A DNA stretch of 64,000 nt from the NCBI GenBank assembly GCA_053919585.1, contig CM132810.1, one strand, 5' to 3'. Source of the DNA: Euprymna scolopes (lineage: Eukaryota). The translations under genes were made by a program, and so were the position numbers. This document shows positions 1 to 13,597 of this stretch, in pieces; the stretch's first letter is position 1, and each line of letters starts with the position of its first letter. Under the pieces are notes generated by a model. That model saw only the letters and a list, made by a program, of their open reading frames with translations. It ran no database searches and was not told where the DNA came from.

Positions 1-214
1 TAGTTTTGTTAAGCTAATTTGTTTTCATCTATATTTACAAGATTATTTGGTGCAAATAGCTTTCCAAACTTAAGAAAATAATTGTGACGTTTTTAATAAG
101 AAAATATTCCAAAATACATGAGGATTTACTAAGAATTTTACAGTCAGTTATAACTTTCTATTCGATAGAGTAATTGCTCCCAAATCCCTTTTCAAATGTG
201 GAAGGGTCACAAAC

Positions 215-450
215 AATGTATTCTTGGCGTTACGGTGTGGTACAATCCCCATAAATCACTCCTCTGTCATGGGGTTATATCCTCTGAAGACCCAGAATGG
301 TTTGAGAGGTTTTCTAACGTTATCTTGTCTTCCATTAAACAGAGATTCATTAATTTGCGCCTCCGATCCTAAAGAAATAATCATGGCAAATGTCTCTCAT
401 AAGGTTTTGCCAGTCCTTAACTGTGTGTTCTAACCGTATACCACATTATC
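215..450 (-). pseudogene. Decayed Merlin (ISXO2/IS1595-like) DDE transposase fragment
   Basis: Manual minus-strand translation gives CGIRLEHTVKDWQNLMRDICHDYFFRIGG / QINESLFNGRQDNVRKPLKPFWVFRGYNPMTEE*FMGIVPHRNAKNTL. This matches Merlin motifs (TVxDW..REVC, IGG..VEIDES.F..RK, WVFG, F..V..R...TL), with a frameshift and a stop. Confidence 0.7.
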
Positions 451-840
451 TCTGTAGATTTTTTGTCGTTGCTATGCCGTGTGACTACAATATGACCAAT
501 AATTTGGGAAATATCCACTTCATTGACATTTTATCTGAAGTCGATAAATTCATGTTTATCAAAATTATTTTCTTCCAGTTTCTTAAGAGCCATCTGCTTA
601 CAATTTTGTTGGTTAAGTGCATTTGTTATCGATTTTTCATTGGACGATCAACTTGATCAGTGCTCAGCATATTCCAGTGGTTTACATTAGCTGCCAGGCA
701 AGTCCGAGTCAGCATTTATGTAAATCCGGGTTTGTAACTGCAGAAGTACCTTATTTTATTTTACACTATTGCATTTTTTATTTCAATAATTATTCGTAAT
801 AAAAACAGCTTGATGTTTTTGGAAGTAGTTAAATTACATA

Positions 841-844
<4 letters not shown>

Positions 845-925
<81 letters not shown>
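845..925. repeat. (CT)n(TA)n compound microsatellite
   Basis: Direct reading. Confidence 0.98.
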
Positions 926-928
<3 letters not shown>

Positions 929-952
929 TGTTGAGCTGGATTAAATCCGACG

Positions 953-1126
953 ATATGAAATAAAATGGAGGTGGAAGGTCCTGGATACTCAACGTTTCGC
1001 CCGATTTATGCGGGCTTCTTCAAGAGGGATGGTCAATGAAGAGGGATGGTCAATGACAATCCCTCTTGAAGAAGCCCGCATAAATCGGGCGAAACGTTGA
1101 GTATCCAGGTCCTTCCACCTCCATTT

Positions 1127-1136
<10 letters not shown>
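953..1136. mobile_element. Penelope-like inverted pseudo-LTR remnant (78-bp arms) with an atypical minimal hammerhead motif
   Basis: Arms 953-1030 and 1059-1136 are reverse complements with 1 mismatch. The right arm contains TTGAAGAA-GCCCG-cataaat-CGGGC-GAAA-CGTT. It lies between (TA)n tracts. Confidence 0.7.
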
Positions 1137-1205
<69 letters not shown>

Positions 1206-1209
<4 letters not shown>

Positions 1210-2771
1210 TCCACACAAAAGTATTGGATACATTACATTTTTCTTCATAACTCTAATTAGGGTTCAAGATTTTAGCTAAAATTCGGTCAGTATATTGCTA
1301 TTACGATTCTAGCTTATATTTGGGGTATTAATTACAAAATCAAAGTTTAAAAGTTTATATTTAAGGGAAAATATCAATTAACAAATGCAAAAGTATTGGA
1401 TACACTTAAAAAATCTCTTTTCTAAAATAATTTCAGATGACTTTTGCTTTGCGTGTTGCAATAATGCGAGCGAGTTATCACTGACCAATCAAAGAGCTTT
1501 ATATTAAAATATATTAAAATAATTTTTATAAAATTCTTTCGCTTTGTGTTTACCTGTTCAAAGTCACCGAATTCATTTATAAAAATGCCTAAAACTAAAG
1601 AGTTGTCGATAGATATTCGTCAAAAAAATCATTGATAAGCACAAAGAAGGAAAAGAGTATCGAATAATATCAAGGGAACTTAATCTACCACTTAGTACAG
1701 TTGGAAATGTTATTAGAAAGTTTAAAAACCTCTGGTAAAGCTGTTGCAAATCTTCCAAGATGTGGTTGTCCAAGGAAATTAAATGAAAAAATCAAAGTGG
1801 GTAAGCAGAAAGGTACAAAGTAATTCTTTTGTTACTCGTAGTGAAATTCAAACCGACCTCAGAGAAGCTGGGATTGATGTGAGCAAGGATACAATCAGTA
1901 AAGCTCTAAATCGTACAGGTTTTGTTTCACGATCTCCAAGAACAGTTCTATTGTTAAAGCGTCAATATGTCAGGTCATGTTTGAATGTTAAAACATATGG
2001 GAAGAAACCACAAGAATTTGTGAACAACGTAATCTTGTCAGACGAAGCGAAAATCAAAAAGAAAACACAGCAACATGGGTATGGCGGAAAAAGTGGCACC
2101 ACCTACAACAAAAAGAATACCATTCCTACAGTGAAGTTTGGTGGTGGTTGGATTATAGTATGGGGGTGTTTTTCATCCAATGGTGCTGGTGAATTAGGAA
2201 TCATCAATGGTAGAATGAATGGGCGCAGGTACAGGGACATTCTGGAGAAAACCCTCCAGAAATCTGCGGATTTGTTGGGACATAATAGCAATTTCGTGTT
2301 TCAAGACGACAATGATCCCAAACATATTGCCAAACTAACCAAAGAATGGTTTTAAAATAACAAAATTGACGTTCTTATTTGGCCCAATCAGTCTCAAGAC
2401 TTCAATCCAATTGACAATTTGTGGAAAATATTGAAGATCAATGTTCACAAGAGGATCCATAAAATATTCAACAACTAGAAGAGTTCTGCAAAGATGATTG
2501 GTGAAAAATACCTGCAAAAAACGATAAAAGGCGACAGGAAGATGTTGAACTCAACAAAGGTTATGCAACCAAATATTAAGTCAATGTATCCAATACTTTT
2601 GCATTTTTTATTCATATTTCTCCTTAAATATAAACTTTCTAAACTTTGATTTTGTAATTACTACCTAAATACAAGTTAGAATAGTAATAGTGATTTTAGG
2701 TAAAATCTTGAACTCTAATTAGAATAAAAAATTGAGAACTATAAGGTACCCAATACTTTTGCATGACACTG
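1206..2771 (+). mobile_element. Tc1-family transposon, IR-DR type, degenerate
   Basis: TA flanks. Outer repeats caattccacacaaaagtattggatac / ccaatacttttgcatgacactg. Inner DRs tgcaaaagtattggatac (~1386) and gtatccaatacttttgca (~2586). TIRs are ~200 bp. Confidence 0.92.
1585..2579 (+). pseudogene. Tc1 transposase pseudogene
   Basis: Starts MPKTKELSIDIRQK; contains SDEAK, PTVKFGGGWIIVWGCF and FQDDNDPKH; ends KGYATKY*; multiple frameshifts and stops. Confidence 0.92.
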
Positions 2772-2788
2772 TATATATACTATCAAGG

Positions 2789-2823
<35 letters not shown>

Positions 2824-3162
2824 GTTCTCATTTAGATAGCTCAATAGTGCAATACTAGAGCTATACATATTTTCTTTAAAGATACCATGTTAAAAGGGAT
2901 ACACAAGTATTTACTCATTTTTTGGATTTTTTCTTTTATCGATCATAACATTGCATACAATTGTTTCGTCCCCCCCCTCCTGTGTTGGCATAATAATATA
3001 AATTCATCTTCAAATTTTAATTTGCACAAACTTGGGCTTCATCAGTGCATTAAAAGAAAACAAAACAATATTTCAAAGTTTTCCAGACAATGAATAGACC
3101 CTTTCCTTGACAATCAGTAGCTGAGAATTTTTTTGTAGTTCTTAAAAGAAAAAAGCTTTGTC

Positions 3163-3440
3163 TTAGTAACATTGAATATTACTCCCCCCCCCCTTACGGC
3201 CACATTCCACTACCGATTGAAAATCGTTTTCTAGGGTTTCTCCCATTGTTTTCGATATATATACATTAGTTTTTTCCTCATGTCTATTAAAGAGTGTGAT
3301 ATCATCAGTAAATATACCCATCTCGGATACAATTTTATCAGGGACGTCATTTATTAATATCAGGAATAATAAATGTCCAAGGATTGACGCCTGTAGCACA
3401 CCTACATTTATATGATGCTGTTTATTTTGTTTGGGAATAA
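3163..3440 (-). pseudogene. CR1-like LINE reverse-transcriptase core fragment
   Basis: GVLQASILGHLLFLILINDVPD...FTDDITL resembles [21 protein letters not shown]...FADD. Confidence 0.75.
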
Positions 3441-5218
3441 AACGCAAATATATTTATCATTTCCAATAACGAAAATATGTACGAGATGTAGTCGCTTTCT
3501 GGGATTGTCGTGCATTATATATTACTTGCTACAACGTCAATATTTAATTCATTTTAGACATACACATCTGGTTTATATCCTACTATGTTTCTAAAATGAA
3601 TAGGAAATGAAACATAGGTAAACTACTCAAATTTAATTAAAATTAGCATTAGTTTTGTTTAGCATTTCTTCTTATGTGTATTTCAAATAAAAAAATAAAT
3701 ACGCGAAACATCGAAAATATAAGATTCATAAGGCATCGGTATGTCAGCATAGTATTTTGTGCAGATGACATAGCGACATCCATAATATTATCAAGTAATA
3801 AGCAAAAATAATTAATTAAAAAAAAAATCAAAATAAAAAACGCAAGACATTTTTATGAAAATGAATCAATATTCTAAGATTATATTTCCCTTCTCAAAAC
3901 TTGGTCAATTCAAAAAGATAATATGCCGCTTTATTAATGGCAGTGTGATTTAAAGAAGCACCTTCTAATTTGATTCATTTAGTTTTAGCCTACTGGCGAT
4001 AAAAAAACTGAAATTAATCCTTCCTTAATTTTCCCATGAATATCCGATATCCTGAAGAGAGTTTCTAGTTTCCTCTTTCACTTGCAGCAATGTTTAGATT
4101 CCCATGACCAATTTTCATTGATCCTTTTACATCCGAACCATTAAGACAAGGCAGGTGCATGTTGCCACTGTGACGTAATGGACGACTGTAATTAGAATAT
4201 AGTACTATAATAAGTGGGAAGTTGTACAGCAAGATGTTTGTTTACATTACATTTTAATTTTTGACTGTTTGTATCGCCGAAGAAATAAAAAACATGAAAG
4301 GAATTCCAAAGGCAAGTAGTCCGAGGAAATAAATAGAGCATAAAGTTTTCTGGCACGTGGAGTCATGGCATATGAAGGGGTGAGGTTTTGCTTTTAATCT
4401 GGTTGGTCAGAGGTATTAACATTGAAGTGTAATGTTTATCCGAGTACATTTCGTTGGAGTACTTGTAAAACAATCACAGGGATGCAATATTTTGGAGATA
4501 GGACAGGAACTGGTGCTTGGTAGACAGTTTAGTATTGAAATGGATCAACATTTGTGGTGACTGAATCACAAAACTATTCTGATGAATGCTAAAAAAGCAA
4601 ATGGCATGATTTTCTCCTCTGTTCCTTTTTCCACTTTGTTTAGATTTGCTTTTTTGTCATTTCTAAATTCAAGTAAGTTTCCACAGGAATGTGTTAACTC
4701 AAATCATTTTCAACCTATGAAAATCATTTCAAGCTTCAAAAGTAACAAGTCTATGTCAAAGTAATGAGTCAATGTGAACTTAGTGAACACCTATAAGAGC
4801 AGTGACCAAATGAGATTTTTTCCAGATGACGTTTGTCGACCATGCCTTGACCATCCCTCCGTGCCTTTGGTCAGGAAAGAGATAAGTTGCAAAGGAACAC
4901 TTCAATGACTCACATACAAGCCTTCTTCATCTTCTACACACATTCTTACACACTAGAGACAGTCAGGCAAGCAGAAACAGACTGCTACTCATAGGTGTAC
5001 ACGCATTAACAGCAACAATGTAACCCAACACACAATGCTATGCTGCCAAATACTCGCATACATATATTACTGACATACACATATTATTCACACTTTGAAC
5101 ATTTTGACTTGTGTCTATTTTGTAAACTTGTTTTTACCAAACTTTTATTGACTAAAATTAACCTTTTTCGAAATTGCTTTGTGATGCAGTTGCCACACAT
5201 TTTATGAAATAGAAAAAT

Positions 5219-5647
5219 GTTATTAAAATATGTATCTTTTAAAACGTGATTAAAATATATATCTTTTAAAACGTTATTAAAATATGTATCTTTTAAAACG
5301 TTATTAAAATATGTATCTTTTAAAACGTTATTAAAATATGTATCTTTTAAAACATTATTAAAATATGTATCTTTTAAAACGTTATTAAAATATGTATCTT
5401 TTAAAACGTTATTAAAATATGTATCTTTTAAAACGTTATTAAAATATGTATCTTTTAAAACGTTATTAAAATATGTATCTTTTAAAACATTATTAAAATA
5501 TGTATCTTTTAAAACGTTATTAAAATATGTATCTTTTAAAACGTTATTAAAATATGTATCTTTTAAAACGTTATTAAAATATGTATCTTTTAAAACGTTA
5601 TTAAAATATGTATCTTTTAAAACATTATTGAAATATGTATCTTTTAA
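5219..5647. repeat. 27-bp minisatellite, ~16 copies (ttattaaaatatgtatcttttaaaacg)
   Basis: Near-identical head-to-tail units. Confidence 0.97.
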
Positions 5648-6128
5648 GTTAAGTGGTAGATGATGTAATATGAGATATTTATTGTTATTTTTATATTTAC
5701 ATCAAAATTGTTTATATTTACATCAAAATTGTTTATATTTAGTAATAAGGATTTTATTTAAATTTTTACTTTTTTATAAAAATTAAAGATGAACTTTTTT
5801 CATAAGTAACAATGTTTATGACTGACTAAATGTATAACTCTAGTTTCACTGTCCCTCATCCACTTGGTCTATTTCTCACGCAACTATAAAACTATAAAAC
5901 TGTGTAAAATTTTAATAAAAACAAAAATATGTACCGCAGATAGAGACAAAATCTGATTTATATATAAAATTATTAGATGAACCAATGGAAAATGATGAGT
6001 ACGAAAGCAGTGAATATAAGTGATCTGTATATCTGCAAAAGTGAGAATGTTAGTTTACTATCTGAATTCAAGAAAACTCTTGTCCAGTTATTTGATAATT
6101 ACATCATATTTTTGTCACCCCATATATA

Positions 6129-6603
6129 TGAGGGTCATTCCAAAAGCAAGGCATCCTAATTTTTTAATAAAAACTAAAACGATGAAGAGCTATGAAGATG
6201 AAAACGAGCTTTTGTGATCCAGAATTTATTTTTTCTACATAGTCACCATCATTCTCAATGCACTTTTACCTTTTTTGATCTTTCAGTCGTAAAAGTCTGG
6301 AGTGTGCTTTGTTACTCACATCATGGGAAATTGACGAATTATTTTCCTAACTTGTTGACATCAACCGTATTGGCTCCATAAACATTTAACAAGTGTCGGT
6401 GAATATCGAGTGGCTCAATTTTTTCTGCACGAAGGAATTCTGCTTATGACGCACGTCTATGACAGGGGTTGTTTTCTTAGAGTTTCACCGTCGATATCTG
6501 CAACAGGGAGATGAAACTTTTGAGTCAGCATAACAATGCAATTCCTTTTGATTCACTCGGGCATAATAAAAAATAGGAGGCATTACTTTTCGATCATCCC
6601 TCG
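6129..6603 (-). mobile_element. Internally deleted mariner (galluhop/Mariner1_GG-like ends)
   Basis: TA flanks; TIR cgagggatgatcgaaaagtaatgcctcctatt. Minus-strand residual coding EFLRAEKIEPLDIHRHLLNVYGANTVDV and C-terminal KCIENDGDYVEK. Confidence 0.8.
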
Positions 6604-8339
6604 TATGAAGAGCCATTTTATAGCGAAACCCGTCTCCGTGACCATTATATTGTTTTATCTACAAATACTGCTGTTATTGTAGGAAATAAATATCAAAGGC
6701 AAGTCACTTATAGATAGCTGCAACTCATTCTTTTGTTTATTAAATCCCTTCAATTTGTTTGGATTTTAAAGAAAATATAATAGATATATAATGTTTTATT
6801 TCGTTTTCCTTTTTCTATTGCGTGATTAGAAATTTTCGCCAACCGGCTTTTTCAACCAAATATGATATTATGGAAATGAGTCGAGAAATATCATTATTTT
6901 CCTAACCTTATTCGAATTTGAAATTTATTGCAAAAGCTTTTCATGGATATTTAATAATGTATATAACAAACACTGACTCAATAAAAACTAGCCACACAAT
7001 AAAAAATTGATTATTTAAAAAATAATAAAGCGTTGTTTGATTCTTGTTATCTCCTAATGTAAAAATAACAAACAAATAATATTTGTAATACAGAAACACC
7101 TCCAGGTTTTTAGATCTGCTTGGTTAGACAACGTTCATAATTTTTATTGTCTATGGCACATTTTGTTTTGCAATGATAAGGTGAATGATTACAGACAAAT
7201 TCCGCTTGACAATGTTTGATGTCTTACCGTTAACCAGATCTGGTTCTTTGTGTGATTCTCTTGCCTACACTAATAAGAATAAGCGAATAGAAAACGAACA
7301 ATTGGTGACAGAGATTAGATTAAAAATAAACTGAGGTGAAACAATAAATCAAGAAAAAACCTTTAAAATATTTGGGTACATTTAAAACAAATTCTATTTT
7401 TTTAAGGATTTTGACATCAAAAATTATTTAATGTAGATAGCCAAGGGTTCACACTATTCTAGTCGCATAACCATAAAATAAAAAAAAAAGATAAATATAA
7501 GAAATATCCAAATTAAACGTGCTTTAAATTCAAAGACTTTTTATTTCGCTGTTAAATATATGGATTATTATCTGGTTAAAACTAAAAATCTGTAATCTTT
7601 CTAATTGACGAACTTTATGAACTTTTACACACAGCCAGTAACGTAAGGAAGTGTGGATTATATTTACATTTATGTAAATGATGGAAATCCCTCATGAAAA
7701 TTTTCTAAATTTTAATTTTTCGTTATGATCTTTAAATATCAGACATTTTCTAAAATCAAAATCATCTAATGATTCTAAACATAAGGTTTAGTATTATGAT
7801 ATCTTGATTTTAATCTTTGTATAATGACAAAAAAGTGGTGCAAAACTGTTCTGTTCACGAAATTGCTTTTAATCGTCATGGGACGAGTATTCTTCCTGTC
7901 TATAGCATAATAAATTATTTTTGTTTATTGGTCACTTATAGACTTCCACAATACTCAACAGTATTGCGCCAGCATTGTTATGAAGGTGTCAGCTGTGTTA
8001 TATGGTTATAGAAATGTTAACACTACTATTAATAATGCAAAAAGAATAATCAAGCTCTACTGAACAAAATTCTAAAAAAAAAAAAAAATCCGCACAAAGT
8101 ACACATGTTAAGGTTATCAAAATAAAACTACTAATACTATTACTGTTACCTATAGAACTGATACTAATAATAATAATAAGTAAGAGGTTAATGTAGTTTG
8201 CTTGAAGCATTGTCTAGTGTGTATATAAAGAAAATTTATAGAAGGCAATACAATGCAGAGGTGTAACGGATAAACCCGAACTGAAGCAAATCAAGACATA
8301 AAGGTGGAATTAGCTATGCAGATTTATCTTTATTAATGC

Positions 8340-8389
<50 letters not shown>

Positions 8390-9395
8390 CATATATAATA
8401 CTTGCATTATGTTCTTACTTGCAGTCAGATGGAAGTTCTGCATCGTATAATATTTCAGGAAAATTTCCTTCTTCAGATATGTGTTCGACTTTAGTTCAAG
8501 CATGCATACTGGACGTATTTCCTTTATATAAAAATAAAAACTTATGACCAACATCTAAATATGTAAAAATTAGAATATCGCTAATAACACTATTCTTAAC
8601 GACAAATAAGATACAATAATACAAAACAATTGGTAAATTTAAAATGTAAAATAAAAAATAAAAGCACAAAAATTTACACAAATACAATCTAAATAAAAAC
8701 ACAAAATGGTAAACAATTAACAGAAATTGACAGATAAATAAAAACACAAAATTGTAATCTAATGAAAAAAAAAACATAAAATGAAAAAAAATAAAAGCAA
8801 AAAATGATCAACATATAAAAATGGAAATTTAATAAATTGTAAACATAAAATGTAATGCCTAAATAAAATATCAAATGTAAAACAAATAAAAATTCCAAAT
8901 GTAAAACAAATAAAAACTCCAAATGATCAAAATACAGAAAAACTCACAATAAATGTTTAATAAGATAAAAACATAAAAAAGATGCACAAATAAGAATACA
9001 AAATATAAGACATGTTAAAACCCAAAATGATAAAAACAAAACAAAAAAAAAAACAGAAAAAAATAAAACTGTAAAATGGCGAACATTTCAAAATAGTGGA
9101 CAAATAAAAAAGTTGCTATGATGACAAAATGGTGGAAAAATTGTGTTTAGATTAAGCAGTGAATGAGAGAAAAGTAGAATTGCCACTAATGCAGCTGAGT
9201 ATGGCAACTGAAAGTAATTGTTAGTCGGTTAACAGATGTGGGAAGAGGCCAGGAAAAAAAAAAACTCATCAAAATTTGGTAATCAGAAACTGGATGAAAA
9301 TTGGAAAAACAAAACTGACAGGGAATTACTAATTCCAAAACATATTAAAAACAAAGTTTGGCAGGAGATTAGCTTATAGTTGAACTGGTGTAATG

Positions 9396-9486
<91 letters not shown>

Positions 9487-9489
<3 letters not shown>

Positions 9490-11119
9490 TGATGATCATA
9501 TTTATTGGCACGGTAAAATAAAAGTTAAATTTTGTCTAATAAATTCTAAAAAAGGGATTAAATTAAAGAAAATAACAAAGTATATTATGTATTTTTAAGT
9601 GGCCTTTGCGATGCAGCAATCGGATTTTAGAAAAAATAAATAACAAAGGAACAACAAACATAATTGCAAAAAACCCTTGTTCAAAATTATTGGCACGGCT
9701 TTGTTTTTCTTTTAGTATCAGTATAATATCAATCAATTTCCGGTTTACGTGCTTTCTGAACTTTTTTATAGCCATATTATGCTTGTTTAACGCTAATTCA
9801 GTGAATAATTTTTTTCAGATAATTTTTAGATAGCGATTTATTTAAACTATTATAAGTGACTAAATTATAATTTTCAATCGCCATGGTTAAAACTAAGGAA
9901 CACAGCGAAGACGTCAGGAAGCTTGTTGTAGCATGCCATACCAATGGGGAGGGCTATGATAAGATTTCAAAGAAGCTAAACCTTCACAAATCCACTGTTA
10001 GAGCCATAATAAACAAGTTCAAATCGCAAGGCCACGTTATGAGTTTAGAGGGTAGAGGGAGAAAAAGGATTCTTTCCCCAAGAGATGAACGGAAAATTGT
10101 TCGACAAGTAAAACAAAACCCAAGGATCTCTGTTGGGGAGATTGTTGATGAACAGAGCACCTCTGGAGTGAATGTATCTCGACATACAGTTGGTAGAGTT
10201 TTGAAGAGAGCTGGTTTAAAAGCATGTCGTCCGAGAAAGACTCCCTTATTGAAGCCTATGCACCTGAAAGCAAGGCTAGCCTTTGCAAAACGTCATATTG
10301 ATAAAGATGTTGCATTCTGGAAACGTGTTCTATGGACTGACGAAACGAAAATAGAGTTATTTGGCCATAATAAAGTGTCTTATATTTACAGAAAATCTGG
10401 CGAAGCTTTCCTGCCTAAGAACACCATACCCACAGTGAAGCACGGTGGAGGCAGTTTGATGTTTTGGGGATCCTTTGCTGCCTCTGGACCAGGGCGACTT
10501 GTTAAGGTCACAGGTAGCATAAAAAAAGGAAGATTATGTTAAAATATTGGATGAAAACCTGAAAGACTCTGCTAAAGAGCTCTCACTTGGTCGTCGTTGG
10601 TGGTTCATGCAAGATAATGACCCAAAGCATTCGGCTAAACTGACTAAGAAATGGCTTGAGGACAATCATATTAATGTTTTGGAGTGGCCATCACAAAGCC
10701 CAGACCTTAATCCAATTGAAAATTTATGGAGAACATTAAAATTGAGGGTAATGCAAAGGAAGCCTAAGAATCTTATTCAATTGGAGGATTATTGTCAGGA
10801 GAGTGGGCTAAAATTACTACTGAAGAGTGCAACAACTTGGTTGTAAACTATGAAAAGCGACTGAGGAAGGTAATCAAGGCCAAAGGCTATACAATTGATT
10901 ATTAAATAAATCGTGCCAATAATTTTGAACAAGGGTGTTTTGCAATTATGTTTGTTGTTCCTTTGTTATTTATTTTTTCTAAAATCCGATTGCTGCATCG
11001 GAAAGGCCAGTTAAAAATACATAATATACTTTGTTATTTTCTTTAATTTAATCCCTTTTTTAGAATTTATTAGACAAAATTAAACTTTTATTTTACCGTG
11101 CCAATAAATATGATCATCA

Positions 11120-11122
<3 letters not shown>
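9487..11122 (+). mobile_element. Young Tc1-family (IR-DR, DD34E) transposon inserted in (TA)n
   Basis: 211-bp near-perfect TIRs (9487-9697 / 10912-11122) starting cagtgatgatc, internal DR ttattggcacg, TA flanks. Confidence 0.97.
9883..10905 (+). pseudogene. Tc1 transposase with two frameshifts (~10525 and ~10800)
   Basis: MVKTKEHSEDVR; HTH with GRGRK; catalytic triad in WTDETK, QDNDPKH and [11 protein letters not shown]; ends KGYTIDY*. Confidence 0.95.
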
Positions 11123-11206
<84 letters not shown>

Positions 11207-11549
11207 GGAAACTCATACAAAATATGAAGTGAATCATTTATATAATCCATGGGAGTAAATTATTCTCGTACCATAAAATAAAAAATTGCTTCAGTCTAGA
11301 AAGATTGCCTTTTCTTTCACTGACCGAAATTAGAAAAGATTAAGTCTAATATCAAATAAGATATTAGTTATTCAGTTTATAAAATAACTATTAAACAGAC
11401 ATAAGTTTACGGAGTTTTATTTTATTTTGTTATTTAGATTATTCAGACTATTATTTTAATCTTGGATTTTAATATAAAAATGTAAAACTCTTTCAAGTAG
11501 TAGTAGTAGTAGTAATAATAATAATAATAATAACAACAACAATAACAAC

Positions 11550-11584
<35 letters not shown>

Positions 11585-11585
<1 letters not shown>

Positions 11586-12305
11586 CCGGCAACAGTACTT
11601 GAAAACGAGAATCACAAAATCCTATAAGACATGGACATACAAACAGATAAACCCATCCAAGAAAGAAGACCAGATGTCGTAATAATTAACAAGAAAGAAA
11701 AGTCCTGTCGTAGATTTTGCTGTTCCAGCAGACCACAGGGTGAATATATATATATAAAAAAGGAAAAACGCCAGAAAGCTGAAAGGGATATGGATGATAA
11801 AGAGAATCAGGATAATACCTATAATAGTAAGAATACTAGGAATAATTCCGAAAAGCTTTGAAAAAAGAATGGCAGAAATTGGAATCAAAGGAACTGCTGG
11901 AAAAATAGAACGAATTACAAAAATGAAAACAGTTGAACTATTAAGAAAAAACCTTGAATGCGGAATCACCCCCTCCTCCAAAGAGTGATACCAAATAGCT
12001 GAGAAGGGTCAAGGAGGATGGAAATGCATAGGCGAGAGCACTGACCAGACCTCTGCTGAACAAGTGCCAAGAGAACTAGGACTTTGGGGAGGCTTATTGC
12101 GACTCAAATTCCCGTGAAGACTAATGGCCGCTGCCAGCGAGAAATCAATGGTAAGCGACTGTTGCGATAACGCAAATTCATTTGCATATGTTACTGAAAG
12201 AGGTGGAGAGTACTGGAAATTTGGGGAGACTTGTTGTCATTCAGCTTCCACGGGTTATTTTCAAGGAGAGATCTTTGATGACCTGTGTGAAAGCTCCTTG
12301 TAAGC
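11585..12305 (+). mobile_element. Dong/R4-clade LINE 3' fragment (restriction-like endonuclease + 3' UTR) between (TAA)n tracts
   Basis: VLENENHKIL*DMDIQTDKPIQERRPDVVIINKKEK..DFAVPADHRV and IIPIIVRILGIIPK; flanked by (TAA)n at ~11513-11583 and ~12385-12430. Confidence 0.85.
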
Positions 12306-12385
12306 CAATAACAATAAGGAATAATAATAAAAATAATAATATAATAATTATAATTATACTAAAAATACCAAAAAATAAATAAATA

Positions 12386-12434
<49 letters not shown>

Positions 12435-12524
12435 TAAATCTTACAATTTATTCAAAATATCACTCATTAGAAAAATGTTTCGGATTTTTTTAGATGAGGA
12501 TTAATATTTTGTATTATTTGGATT

Positions 12525-12625
12525 TCTGAGTTTGAAAAGATGCGCATAAAAAATGTTGGATGTAACATCGGCCGAAACGCTGTGAAAACAACATCCAAAA
12601 TGAGAATAGTAATCCAAATCTTCAC
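12525..12625 (+). mobile_element. Penelope-associated short repeat with a degenerate hammerhead half (cggccgaaacgctgtg)
   Basis: Similar to 61245-61360 (gagtttga...atcggccgaaa..tgtgaaaa.aaca..aaagatgag). Confidence 0.5.
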
Positions 12626-13050
12626 TCGAAATAAATTGATAATTTAATCTGAGATGACGTCAAAACTCTTATCTTTGACTTTTTTTACAGAAAAAATGTG
12701 AAAGAATTCAAGAGGTATAGATACTGTGAAAATATTTGATAGACAAACTTGAAAAAAGCTGACTATAATTTGAAGATGCAAATTATATATGATGACAGAT
12801 GAACGATATGTAAAAATGTAATGTTAACAACTTTTCATATCGAACATAAGTAAGAAATATGGCGTCGGAGTTTTGTTTAATTAAAAGATAATACAAGAGA
12901 TGAATTATAGGAAAGAAACCAAGAAATGGCTAAAACCGAAAGAAAAAGAAAATCAAGTACATAGAAACGATAACATCTCTTGCAACGATTACACGCCTCA
13001 AAATTATCTGCTCATGTAAGTAACCTTCAAAAGTTTACAAGTATACATAT

Positions 13051-13486
13051 TGGTGATGGGACGATTCCAATATTTTTACCGATTCTGATTCTGTTAAAAT
13101 CTTTTAAATATTTAGTTATAGACTTTTTAAATTAAAAATTGTTAAAAATCTCAATTTAATCAGCTATAAATTTATTGTTGTTTTTTATTACAATGAAATC
13201 CATGTAATATGTGCATATATTTATAAAAAGGACACTTGTGGAGGTAGCTGTGGTCCCTAGTTATTAGTTTCACTGGTAATTTAAAATCATTTAATATTTA
13301 TCTTCTTGTCATTAGTGCCAGGAAAAGTAAGTTAAAAAAAAACAAAAAACAAGAAACAAAAAAATAATTAGAAGAAACGTTTTTTTGGCATCAAAAAATA
13401 GGCACAATTTTTCTGATTCCGATTCCGATACCCCCAAAAGTTCCGATTTTACAGATTCTTGATTCTGATTAATCGTCCCAACACTA
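13051..13486. mobile_element. hAT-like MITE
   Basis: TIR t(g/a)gtgatgggacgatt / aatcgtcccaacacta with subterminal ccgatt repeats; a related end lies at ~20380-20474; no clear TSD. Confidence 0.65.
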
Positions 13487-13597
13487 TCCCTATAGACATA
13501 CACAAGTTGCAGTCATCTGTAGGTCTATTAACAAATTTAGATACAAACATCAATTTTAATATTTTAGATATTTTAAGATAAGAATCAGTCGTTGTTG

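Noticed and set aside
5219-5647. 27-bp repeat array as CRISPR
   Set aside because: Units are contiguous with no unique spacers, there are no cas genes, and the context is eukaryotic
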